Shown one piece after another: positions 1-9,878 of a stretch of DNA of 64,000 bases (its first letter is position 1; each line of letters begins with the position of its first letter). The notes beneath the pieces are model-generated. The model worked only from the letters and a program-made list of their open reading frames with translations. It had not been told where the DNA came from and searched no databases. A program made the position numbers and the translations under genes. Source of the DNA: an uncultured Acidobacteriota bacterium (GTDB lineage: Bacteria; Acidobacteriota; UBA6911); assembly GCA_963843575.1 (NCBI GenBank), contig CAWJKZ010000013.1, forward strand, positions 704,001 to 768,000, written 5' to 3'.

Positions 1-323
1 CCGGCCAGCTTTCCCCCGGACACGCCCGCGCCCTCCTGGCCGCAGACCTCCCACCCGCCGAAATCGCCAAGGCCGCCGACCTCATGGTCCGGCAGGGGTG
101 GTCCGTGCGCGACGCCGAACGCTGGGCCAAAAGCCAGCCGCGCAAGACGAAAGCCGCCCACCCCCGCGACCCCAACGCCGCCGCCGCCGAAGACCGCCTT
201 CGGACCGTCATGGGCACCAAGGTCGAAATCCGCAAAGGCAAAGCCGACGGGCCCGGGCACATCCGGATTTACTTTTACAACGAAGAGGACCTCATCCGCA
301 TCTACGCCATGCTTACGGAGTAA
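1..323 (+). CDS. parB: ParB/Spo0J partition protein, C-terminal part (5' truncated by window edge)
   Basis: GWSVRDAE...AEDRLRTVMGTKVEIR...GHIRIYFYNEEDLIRI matches the ParB C-terminal dimerisation region; stop at 321-323. Confidence 0.85.
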   Translation, partial: GQLSPGHARALLAADLPPAEIAKAADLMVRQGWSVRDAERWAKSQPRKTKAAHPRDPNAAAAEDRLRTVMGTKVEIRKGKADGPGHIRIYFYNEEDLIRIYAMLTE

Positions 324-343
324 CGCCTTCAACGGAGCCAACT

Positions 344-796
344 ATGAAATTCAGAAAGGAAACGTCCGACGAAATCCTCAGCCTGCTCGGCGAAGGGGTC
401 GAGGTCGTCGGTGAGATCTCCTTCAGCCAGGGGCTGCGCGTCGACGGGATCGTCAAGGGGAGGATTCGCTCGGAGGCCACCCTCGTCGTCGGCAAGAGTG
501 GCCGCGTCGAGGCCGAGGTCAACGTGCGCAGGGTCTCCATAAATGGCGACTTCCGCGGTATCATCCACGCATCGGACCGCGTCGAGATCCACAAGGACGG
601 CAAGGTCTACGGAGAGATCTTCGCGCCCTGCCTGATAATCGAAGCGGGCGCGCTGTTTGAAGGGAAGTGCAACATGGCCGAAAGCCGGGCCCCCAAGCCC
701 GACCACCCGGCCGCGGCCCCCCGGGAAGCCGATACGTCCGGCACCCCCGTGGGGCTGTCTCAGTCTGCGGGCGGCGAAAAAACATGGACGAACTGA
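344..796 (+). CDS. Bactofilin (polymer-forming cytoskeletal protein)
   Basis: ATG 344 after GGAG; SLLGEGVEVVGEISFSQGLRVDGIVKG...IIEAGALFEGKCNM beta-helix repeats. Confidence 0.9.
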   Translation: MKFRKETSDEILSLLGEGVEVVGEISFSQGLRVDGIVKGRIRSEATLVVGKSGRVEAEVNVRRVSINGDFRGIIHASDRVEIHKDGKVYGEIFAPCLIIEAGALFEGKCNMAESRAPKPDHPAAAPREADTSGTPVGLSQSAGGEKTWTN

Positions 797-1829
797 AACG
801 ACTTACGGAACTGGTCTCCTGTGCCGGTTGAGCGAGTAAGCTGAGCGCAACCAGCCTGGCCCAGGTCCTGGGTCAATTGCCCGTCTATCCCGAACCCGAC
901 GTCCTGGTCGGCTACCACACCGCCGACGACGCGGGCGTGTTCCGCCTCGACGACGGGCACGCCCTCGTCCAGACGCTCGATTTCTTCACCCCAGTGGTCG
1001 ACGATCCCTTCGCCTACGGTGCCATCGCCGCCGCCAACGCGCTCAGCGACGTCTACGCCATGGGCGGTAAACCACTGACAGCACTTGCGATCGCTTGCTT
1101 TCCAGAAAAAGGGGTCGACCTCGACATCCTGGCCCGCATCATGACCGGCGGGCTCGAAAAACTGCGCGAGGCCGGCGTCGCCCTCCTGGGCGGCCACACC
1201 GTCGCCGACCAGGAGATCAAGTTCGGGTACTCCATCACCGGCCTGATCCACCCCGAACCGTATCCTCACTAACGCGGGCGCCCGCCCCGGCGATCAACTC
1301 GTCCTCACCAAGCCCCTCGGACTCGGCATCCTGACAAGCGGCATCAAGTTCAACAAGACCAGCCCCGCCGCCGCCCGGGAGGCGATCCGGGTGATGTCGA
1401 CCCTCAACCGGGACGCCGCCGCCGCCATGCTGCGCCACCGCTGCCACGGCGCCACCGACATCACCGGGAACGGCCTGCTCGGCCACGCTTACGAAATGGC
1501 CCAGGCAAGCGGGGCCGCCCTGCGCTTCTGGTCGGCCACCGTCCCCGTGCTCCCGGAAGCCCTGGAACTGACTCGCCAAGGGACTCCTCCCCCGTACCGC
1601 ACACACGACCTGGACCATGATCGCAAGACTCCACCCGCGTTGGACCCCTCGTCCCCGAACCTGTCAAAAACGCGACTGCTCGATCCACAGACCTCCGGCG
1701 GCCTGCTGATCGCCGTCGACGGACACGGATCTCGAAAACCTGCTGGCGGATCTTACCGTTAATCAGGTACAGGCAACCCACGTGGGAACGGTGGAGGAGT
1801 ATCGGAACGCGCGGATAATCGTGGATTGA
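784..1829 (+). CDS. selD: Selenophosphate synthetase, Sec-containing (in-frame TGA 829-831); several indels after ~1260
   Basis: [20 protein letters not shown] is in frame with ORF 877-1272 ([31 protein letters not shown]); later frames give [26 protein letters not shown]. Confidence 0.92.
857..875 (+). promoter_or_regulatory. Putative bacterial SECIS hairpin
   Basis: TGGCCCAG-GTC-CTGGGTCA: 8-bp stem (one G-U), apical loop starting with G about 33 nt downstream of the UGA. Confidence 0.65.
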
Positions 1830-1841
1830 AACCGAAGTGGG

Positions 1842-2129
1842 CTAAACCTCGGCGTCTACTGCTATCTTGAGAGATTTAAGGAATTTAGCGTCTTCGCTCG
1901 TAATGCGCAAGCGCACCGGGTCCTCGGTCTTGACCGGCGTCGAAATCGTTTCGTCGTCGCCCTTCCCCTTGCGGTTGTAACCGATCTTCGCTTCAATTAT
2001 CAGGAAGACCTCGTAGCCGGAGTCCCGGATGTTCTGGATGGATTCGTTGATCTTGGGAGATTCGCTCAGAGTCTCGTTGATGGACTCTCCCAGTGTCTTC
2101 ATGAGACGTTTGATTTCTGCGTCAGGCAT
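1842..2129 (-). CDS. Hypothetical protein, 95 aa
   Basis: Clean ORF with AGGAG RBS and a strong sigma70-like promoter upstream. Confidence 0.8.
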   Translation of the reverse strand: MPDAEIKRLMKTLGESINETLSESPKINESIQNIRDSGYEVFLIIEAKIGYNRKGKGDDETISTPVKTEDPVRLRITSEDAKFLKSLKIAVDAEV

Positions 2130-2208
2130 GCGCCTCTCCTAAAACGGTCCTTCCTAGCGGCGAGCTGTGAGGAAGAAATCGCTGATTCGGAATTAAAACG
2201 GTAAAAAT

Positions 2209-2237
2209 ATCTTAAATAAGTCGTGAATCGCTGTCAA
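2209..2237 (-). promoter_or_regulatory. Sigma70-type promoter for the 95-aa gene
   Basis: Minus strand TTGACA-N17-TAAGAT. Confidence 0.7.
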
Positions 2238-2330
2238 GATTGAACTTACAATGCCCGTTCGCCTCTTGCCATGAAACCATTGCCCATTGCCAGATCCAGG
2301 ACATTGGCTCATCATAGGAGATTTGATAAA

Positions 2331-3869
2331 ATGGAGCAGAAAGCGCTCTACCCGCCCCGGGAGACGCCGCCCGAAGAACCCGGCTCGTACCCCTTCACCC
2401 GAGGGGTTTACCAGAACATGTACCGGGGGCGGCTCTGGACCATGCGGCAGTACGCCGGCTTTGCCGGCGCCCGGGAGTCCAACAGCCGTTACCGCTATCT
2501 CCTCGAGCAGGGACAGACCGGCCTGAGCGTCGCCTTCGATCTACCCACCCAGATGGGAATCGATCCCGACAGCCCCGCGGCCTCGGGGGAAGTCGGCAAG
2601 GTGGGTGTCTCCGTCGCCTCGCTCGAGGACATGGAGGTGCTGCTCGACGGCCTGCCGCTCGACCGGGTCTCCATCTCCATGACCATAAACAGCACCGCCG
2701 CAATCCTCCTTGCCATGGTCTTGTCCATCGCCCGGCGTCGCGGTGTGCCGTGGATGGCGCTGCGGGGCACCATTCAGAACGACATCCTCAAAGAGTATAT
2801 CGCGCGCGGGACCTACATCTTTCCCCCGGTGCCGTCGCTCCGCATCACCACAGACATCTTCGCCTTCTGCCGCGAGCACGTCCCGTCGTGGAACACGATC
2901 TCGATCAGCGGCTACCACATCCGCGAGGCGGGATCGACCGCCGTCCAGGAAGTCGCCTTCACCCTCGCCAACGGCATCACGTATGTCCAGAGCGCGCTGG
3001 ATGCCGGGCCTGCAGATCGACGAGTTTGCCGGGCAGCTGTCGTTTTTCTTCAACGCGCACAACAATTTCCTGGAAGAGATCGCAAAGTACCGAGCGGCCC
3101 GCCGCCTCTGGGCCCGGATAATGCGCGAGCGTTTCGGTGCCCGGAGCCCCCGCTCCTGGGCCTTGCGCTTCCACACCCAGACAGCCGGCAGCACCTTGAC
3201 CGCCCAGCAGCCCGAAAACAATGTCGTTCGGGTCGCGCTTCAGGCCCTCGCCGCCGTGCTCGGCGGGACACAGTCGCTGCACACCAACTCGCTCGATGAG
3301 GCGCTGGCGCTCCCGAGCGCCGAGGCCGTCCGGATCGCCTTGCGGACCCAGCAGATCATCGCCTTCGAAAGCGGCGTCGCCAACACCGCGGACCCGCTCG
3401 GAGGCTCTTACGCGATCGAAACGATGACCGACGAAATCGAGGCTGGAGGCCGAGCAGTACCTGCACAAGATCGATGCGCTCGGCGGCATGCTCGAGGCCA
3501 TCGGACAGGGTTACGTCCAGCGGGAAATCCAGGACGCCGCGTACGAAGCCCAGCTCAAGACTGAACGCGGCGAAAACGTCATCGTCGGCGTGAACCGGTT
3601 CACCACCGAGGAAAAGAGCCGCATCGAGCTGCTCGTGGTTGGACGAGGAGGTCGCCGAAACCCGCAGGCGCGAAGTCGCGGGACTCCGCTCCCGACGCGA
3701 TGCCGCGGCTGCCGCCCGCGCCCTCGACGCGCTCGGCCGCGCCGCGCAAGGGAACGACAACCTCCTCCCGCCGGTCATCGACTGCGTCGAGGCGCTCACG
3801 ACCGTGGGGGAGATCTCCGACTGCCTGCGGGCTGTCTTCGGCCAGTACCGCGAATCCGTCGTCCTGTAG
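2331..3869 (+). CDS. Methylmalonyl-CoA mutase family, substrate-binding (large) subunit lacking the B12 domain; frameshifted near 3005, 3445 and 3640
   Basis: [80 protein letters not shown] across four frames. Confidence 0.92.
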
Positions 3870-3876
3870 CCCGGGC

Positions 3877-4799
3877 TCAGGGTGCGGGGACAGCGTAGAC
3901 TACGGCAAGGCCGGCGTAGGCCAGGATGGCCATTATGTAGATGAGCCTCCATGAGATGTGGTTCTCGCCGCGTCCCAGTTCCTCGGGCCGGCGGAGGATC
4001 AGGTAGTCAATGTACATCCCGAGCGCGGACAGCGCCGCCGCAAGCGCGTACAACCCCGGGGCCCAGCCGCTCAGCAGCCCATATCGCGCCATCGCCGCCC
4101 ACAGGAAAAACGGCAGCACGAAAAACGGGGCGATCATGACGGCGGTCCTGCGGATACCGTACCTGACCGGGAGGGTGTTGCAGCCGCCGGCCCTGTCCCC
4201 CGGCATGTCGGAGAAGTCCTTCGTCGAGTTCGCCCCCAATATGAAAAGCCCCAGGGGCAACGCAGATCAACCACGGTTCCGCCATGGCCACGCTCTTGAC
4301 CGCCGACCACCCCGCCACCGGAAGCAGAAACCCCCGCGGGAGCGCCACCGTGACGTTGGCAAGCAGCCCCCAACGTTTCGTGCGTGCCGGTGGCACCGAA
4401 TAGCATGCCGTGAGAATCGCCGCGGCCAGCGCCATGATTAGGCACTGCCAGTTCACGAGCCAGGCCAGCACCAAACCCGCTGAAAGGGTCAGCCACGTGA
4501 ACGCGCCAGGCCTGCGCCAGGCGGAGGCGCCCCGAAGGGAGCGGCCGCGTCGGCTTGTTTATCCGGTCGATCTCGATATCGTATATCTGGTTCAACCCGT
4601 TCGACCCGGCGTTCATGACCGCTGCCATGATCGCTCCCAGCCCGATCCTGAGCCAGACGCCCGCCCCCGCGCTTCCCCAGTCGCTCTGAAACCGCGGATC
4701 GGCGCCCCAAGCGACTATCCCTCCGGCGACCATGCCGACGGCCGGCATCAGCAGCGTGAACGGCCGAGCAAATTCCCAATAGACCGGCAGTTTGCTCAT
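3877..4799 (-). CDS. UbiA-family prenyltransferase (frameshifted)
   Basis: RPFTLL, NGLNQIYDIEIDRINKPTRPLPSG, YSVPPARTK, KDFSDMPGD..TLPVRYG Asp-rich motifs; polytopic membrane protein. Confidence 0.9.
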
Positions 4800-4856
4800 C
4801 CGTGCTCCCGGAAAACGGGTTTTGGGTGCTGGGTTTCAGGTGTTGGCCGTCACCCG

Positions 4857-6189
4857 TCACCCAAAACCCGCCTTCAAGCCCAGTGCGATCAGGATCGCGG
4901 CGACCGTGTGGAACGCGTTCATGACGGGCCCGCTTGCGCGCGCGTGGCCTTTCCCGGCCGAGATCCAGCTCTCGATGTGGGTTGCGATGGCCGCCGCGGC
5001 CGCCGCCCACACCGCGCCTCTTGCGCTTACCAGACCCGACCAGCAGCCTGCCGTCGCCATGGCGACGGCGGCCAGCAGGCCGGCCGCACTCCCTGCGAGC
5101 GACACCGCCCCGCGGGTGCCCGGCGGGACCTGTTTGAAACTCCTGATCAGGAAGGGCCGGCCGCCCGCCAGCAGCCCCAGCTCGGTGGCCGTCGTGTCGC
5201 AAAGCGACGCCGACAGAGCCGCGACGAAACCGAGCTGCGCTGACGTCTTGTCTTCCAGGAAGATGGATGCCGCCGCCGCGAGGAAGGCGGCCACCCCCTT
5301 GCCCCAGACATGCCGCGAGGAGCGCCGCGAGTGGTCCGGCTGGGCGGCGCCCAGCCGAGCCTTGCGGCCGTACCCGATCCTGGTGAACAAGCGTCCCGAG
5401 TACAAAAAACGCCGCCAGCAGACGCAAACCCCTCTAAGCCGAACGCGTAGTACACCACGGTCCCGATTGCCGCACCGGAGGCGAATCCCCCCAGCGACAC
5501 ACCGCCGACGGCAAGCGCCGCCGCCCCGAAGCCCCCCGCCAGCAATATTCCCAGTCCCAGGGCCGGGGCAGAGAAGCCGCGTGGCAGGGACGCTCCGGTC
5601 AGCCATGACAGAAAAATCCCGCCGGAGGCGCAGATGGCCAGGTTGTCGTCGATCGGCAGCGGCAGCGTCTCCACGACCGAGCAGACCAGCGAGGTCGCTA
5701 CGGCGATACCAGAGCGTCAGACCGTAGCGAATCGGGACGTCTCCGGGGAGCCCAGTCCAGACGAGAAGAACGAAGGCGGCCAGGGTTGAAGCGAAGAAGC
5801 CCGCAACGGTGCCGAGCCAGGTTTTCGAACGGTTCCAGGGCAGGGTCTTCCGGCCGAATTTCCGGCCGACAACGTTGGAGACGGAGTCGCCGACTGCGAG
5901 GTTGGCCCAGGCCGCGACGACGATGAAAGGCGGGAAAAGCAGGACCAGCAGGAACACCGCAGACTCCGTACCAGACCTTCCCCGGCGAGGAGGCGCCGGT
6001 GGCTTCCCCCGGACGGCGCGTCCCCGGCCACAGGCGCGAGGAGAGAGCCCCGTAGACAATCGCCACGGCCGCCAGCGCGAGCGCCTGCGGCCGGCTCAGA
6101 TACCGCATCAGGAACGCGAAAGCGATCGGCAGGAAGTGCTCGAGCTGACGGAGGTCTTCGTTGGGGGGGATGCTGGGCGACTCGCTCAT
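4857..6189 (-). CDS. Fusion of dolichol/phytol-kinase-like (COG0170) domain and DUF92 (COG1836) domain; frameshifted
   Basis: N half: EDLRQLEH, GDSVSNVVGRKFG, SKTWLG, ETLPLPIDDNL. C half: RSSRHVWGKG, CDTTATELG, VPPGTRGAVSLAG, HIES. Confidence 0.82.
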
Positions 6190-6460
6190 GCCGGGGGTAG
6201 CGCGATACTCGTCTGATAACGGATCCGCACGCGCCGATCGGGTGAGCCGTGGCTGTCAGGATCGACGCAGCGGCAAATTCTATCATGACCGGTTTCATTT
6301 CCGGCTCCACATTCGGTAAAATGCAGAGTTTCCCGTTGCTCTTGCACCAGTGCCTTCGTACCCGTAGCTTTGGCGCGCCCTGCTTTTTGCTCGAATTGGT
6401 GAAACTTTTGCGCTCCGGGGCTCGTAGTAATGGGCGTCCTTGCAACCGGAGGTATGCACA

Positions 6461-7952
6461 ATGGCCCTGACCAGGAAGAAGAAGATCTGGATAGCCTGCG
6501 GCGGCGTCGCGCTCCTGGGCGTCATCATATATTTCAGCATCAACGCGACCCGCAAGGACGAAGTTCAGGTGCAGACCGCAAAGGCGCAGCGCAAGGACGT
6601 CCTGAAATCGAAGGTCGCCGCGAGCGGCGAGATCCGGGCGAAGGAGTTCGTCGACCTCCAGGCGGAGATAACGGGCGTCATCACCGATCTGGTCGTCCAC
6701 GAGGGGGACTCCGTCAAGAAGGGGGATGTCCTGCTGCGGATCGATCCCCTGCAGACCCAGGCGGACACCAACTCCACGAAGGCGCAGCTCGATGCGGCCG
6801 TCGTCCGAGGCGCGCGCGCAGGAGTTCCAGATCATGAACGCCGAGTCGAACCTGGCGCGCGACGACGCGGCCCTCCGTTCGTCCAAGGCCGAGTTCGAGC
6901 AGGCGCAGAACAACAACGTGCGCGCCCAGACCAGCTTCAAAAGAAAGCAGCAGCTGCACGAGGACGGGCTGATCTCGCGCGAAGAATACGAAATGGCGCA
7001 GAACGACGCCAGGTCCGCCCAGGCACAGCTTGAAGTCGCGCGGGCCCGTGTCGCCCAGCAGGAGACCCAGATCCAGGTCTCGAAAAACACCATCCAGCAG
7101 ATGAAGACGTCGCTCAGCGCCGCCCAGAGTCGCACCAAGTCCTATTCGGCCAACCTGGTGCGCGCTGCCGATCAGCTCGAGAAGACCGTCATCAAATCGC
7201 CCCTCTCCGGCGTCGTCACCAACCTGGCCGTGGAGAAGGGGGAGCGCGCCGTCCCGGGCATGATGTTCAACACGCAGGCGACCCTCATGACGATCGCCGA
7301 CCTCAGCGTGATCCAGGCGGAGCTGAAGGTGGACGAGACCGACATCGTCAACCTGAAGCTGAAGGACTCGGCGTCCATCAAGGTCGACGCTCTGCCGGAC
7401 AGCGTCTTCGAGGGCGAGGTCACCGAGATCGGCAACAGCCCGATCAAGTCGACCACCACGTCGACCACGCAGGAAGCGAAGGATTTCAAGGTCGTCGTCA
7501 CCCTGAAGGATCCCTCCGCCAAGCTCCGTCCCGGCATGTCGTGCACGGGCGACATTACCACCAACACGAAGCAGAACGTGCTCGTCGTCCCGATCCAGGC
7601 GCTTACGATCCGCGAGGTCGAGATCGACAAGGACGGCAAATACGTTCAGCCGGACCTCAAGGACCTCAAGAAGAAGAAGTCGGACTCCTCCGTCGCCAAG
7701 GCGGACACCTCCAAGAACCAGCCGAAAAAGAAAGAACTCGAAGGGGTGTTTGTCGTGAACTCGGACAAGGTCGCCCGCTTCCGTCCGGTCAAAACGGGCA
7801 TAACCGGGGAATCCGAGATCGAGATTCTCGATAACCTGAAAGAGGGAGAAGAGGTGGTTTCGGGGAGCTTCCAAACCTTGAGGACGATCAAGGACGGCGC
7901 ATCGGTGAAGATCGACAACAGCACGAAAGCGCAGCCCGAGAAGAAAAGTTAG
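6461..7952 (+). CDS. MacA/YknX-like periplasmic adaptor (membrane fusion protein); one frameshift near 6800
   Basis: N-terminal [19 protein letters not shown] lipoyl half, long coiled coil, [26 protein letters not shown]. Confidence 0.92.
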
Positions 7953-7981
7953 GCAGCCCACAGTTTTTTTCAGAGGAAGAC

Positions 7982-8701
7982 ATGACCGGAGGCAACGGCA
8001 GCGACGGCAAGGCGGATATTCTCATCAAAACGGAAGAACTCTGGAAGAGCTACCAGATGGGCGCGGAGGAAATCCATGCCCTGCAGGGGGTTTCCTTCGA
8101 AATCCACCGGGGAGAATACGTGGCCATCATGGGGCCGTCCGGGTCAGGGAAGTCGACCATGATGAACCTCATCGGCTGCCTCGACACGCCGTCGAAGGGG
8201 AGCTACTACCTGAACAGCCGTCTCGTTTCGGAAATGAACGACGACGAACTGGCGCACATCCGCAACAAGGAAATTGGATTCGTGTTCCAGACGTTCAACC
8301 TGCTGGCGCGCGCCACGGCCCTGCACAACGTCGAACTGCCGTTGATCTACAACGGCACCCCCGCGCACGAGCGCAAGGAACGCGCCATCAAGGCGCTGCA
8401 GGCGGTGGAACTCGGCGAGCGCATGTACCACAAGCCAAACGAGCTCTCAGGAGGTCAGCGGCAGCGCGTCGCCATCGCGCGGGCGCTGGTGAACAACCCG
8501 TCCATCATCCTCGCCGACGAGCCCACCGGCAACCTCGACTCCGCGACCAGCACCGATATCATGAACCTCTTCGATGCGCTCTACCGGCGGGGCAATACCA
8601 TCATCCTGGTCACGCACGAGCTCGACATCGCGCTGCACGCCTACCGGGTGATCCGTCTGCTCGACGGCAAGGTTGCTGCGGACGAAATCGTCAAGCACTG
8701 A
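7982..8701 (+). CDS. MacB/LolD-type ABC ATP-binding protein
   Basis: [42 protein letters not shown]. Confidence 0.95.
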   Translation: MTGGNGSDGKADILIKTEELWKSYQMGAEEIHALQGVSFEIHRGEYVAIMGPSGSGKSTMMNLIGCLDTPSKGSYYLNSRLVSEMNDDELAHIRNKEIGFVFQTFNLLARATALHNVELPLIYNGTPAHERKERAIKALQAVELGERMYHKPNELSGGQRQRVAIARALVNNPSIILADEPTGNLDSATSTDIMNLFDALYRRGNTIILVTHELDIALHAYRVIRLLDGKVAADEIVKH

Positions 8702-8720
8702 CCGGTGTGCCGGCCCTCAG

Positions 8721-8900
8721 GGACTGTCCAACGGTTGATCTGCCCGCCCCAAGCAAGACACACGTGGGTCCGGGGACGTCTTTAAAGCCGTTGCATATCG
8801 TGACAGATGCACCTTACAGCTACTGCAAAAGACGTCCGGGCTGAAGCCCGGACCCACTTGTCTTACGGGCAGGGCGGGTGGTTCAACCGTTGGACAGCCT
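8721..8900. mobile_element. MITE-like composite element: long imperfect inverted repeat enclosing a REP doublet
   Basis: CTGTCCAACGGTTGA (8724-8738) is the reverse complement of TCAACCGTTGGACAG (8883-8897); pairing extends inward to GTGGGTCC/GGACCCAC; interior is homologous to 52720-52828. Confidence 0.6.
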
Positions 8901-9024
8901 CTTCAGCCCGGACGTCTTTAAATCCGTTCCATAGAGTTCCACCTGCCCTGCATAGCGACAGCAAACAGCGTCCGGGCTTCGACGCCACCGCGCGCTGAGG
9001 TTGCAGGGTCGCATTCCCCGATTT

Positions 9025-9045
9025 GGGGTGGCGCCGAGGCGCCGC
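9025..9045 (+). repeat. 21-bp palindromic repeat, copy 1
   Basis: GGGGTGGCGCCGAGGCGCCGC; exact reverse complement at 10842-10862. Confidence 0.6.
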
Positions 9046-9066
9046 ACTCCAGATGCGCGGCCCTCC

Positions 9067-9831
9067 TCACGAAAATAACGCGGCGAACCCGGCTTTGCCC
9101 AGCACCCACACCAGCCATGGGATCATGACGCCCACGGCCGCCTTCCCCGTCGTCAGCTTCCCGTGTGAGATCGTCGAGAAGCCGATCGCCAGCAGCGCGA
9201 TCGACCAGGCCGAGAAGACGTCGATCGAGCCGAGCAGGCTGGCGAGCACCGGGTGCGCCCGGTCCGAGACCAGCAACCCAAGGTTGCTGGCGATGTTCTT
9301 GCTCGGGTCGAGCTCCAGCGCGTCCGGGTCCTTGACGTACATGAAGATGATCCCGAGCACGGTCACGACCAGCGCGGGCGGGGCCAGCCCCCAGATCATC
9401 ACCGCGAGGGACTTCTTGAAGGTGACCGCGGCCCCCATGATCAGGAAAACGACGAGGAGTGCCGCCGCCATAACCAGGTACGAAACCAGCATCCCGATCG
9501 GCGCGAACACGAAGGTCGAGTACCGCTGAAACGCCGACTGCGGCCGATTGAGCACCTGCTGGACCTGCTCGTCGGAGAGGTTCCTGGTCATCGGGTTCAT
9601 CTGCAGCGCCTTGCGCATGTACGTCTCGTGGTCCATCCGGGACGTAAGCACGTAAATCGAGGCCGTCGCAAAGGCGCAGATCAGCAGAAAGATGCCGACC
9701 CAACCACCCCGCCGGTCGATGTCCTGATAGGTGGCTCGCGGTTCCACATACATCCCGGCCAGCCGCTGGCCGAAATTCATCCCGGCCTCCTGCGGACTGC
9801 CCTGGTCCACTGTCGAAGCCCTCTCGTCCAT
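9067..9831 (-). CDS. Yip1-domain membrane protein (YknW-like)
   Basis: GMYVEPRATYQDI.., about 5 TM segments, SIDVFSAWSIALLAIG; GGAGG RBS before ATG 9831. Confidence 0.8.
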   Translation of the reverse strand: MDERASTVDQGSPQEAGMNFGQRLAGMYVEPRATYQDIDRRGGWVGIFLLICAFATASIYVLTSRMDHETYMRKALQMNPMTRNLSDEQVQQVLNRPQSAFQRYSTFVFAPIGMLVSYLVMAAALLVVFLIMGAAVTFKKSLAVMIWGLAPPALVVTVLGIIFMYVKDPDALELDPSKNIASNLGLLVSDRAHPVLASLLGSIDVFSAWSIALLAIGFSTISHGKLTTGKAAVGVMIPWLVWVLGKAGFAALFS

Positions 9832-9878
9832 GCTCCCTCCTGGTGAGTTTGTACCGTATTGATACGCCAACTGCCGAA

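Noticed and set aside
1774-1789. CACGTG-centred palindrome near parB, possible parS
   Set aside because: The left arm CAACC does not match the TGTT(T/C) parS half-site.
2990-3660. Programmed frameshifting in the mutase or other split genes
   Set aside because: Multiple breaks per gene, no evident slippery heptamer plus stimulator, and the same pattern appears in unrelated genes.
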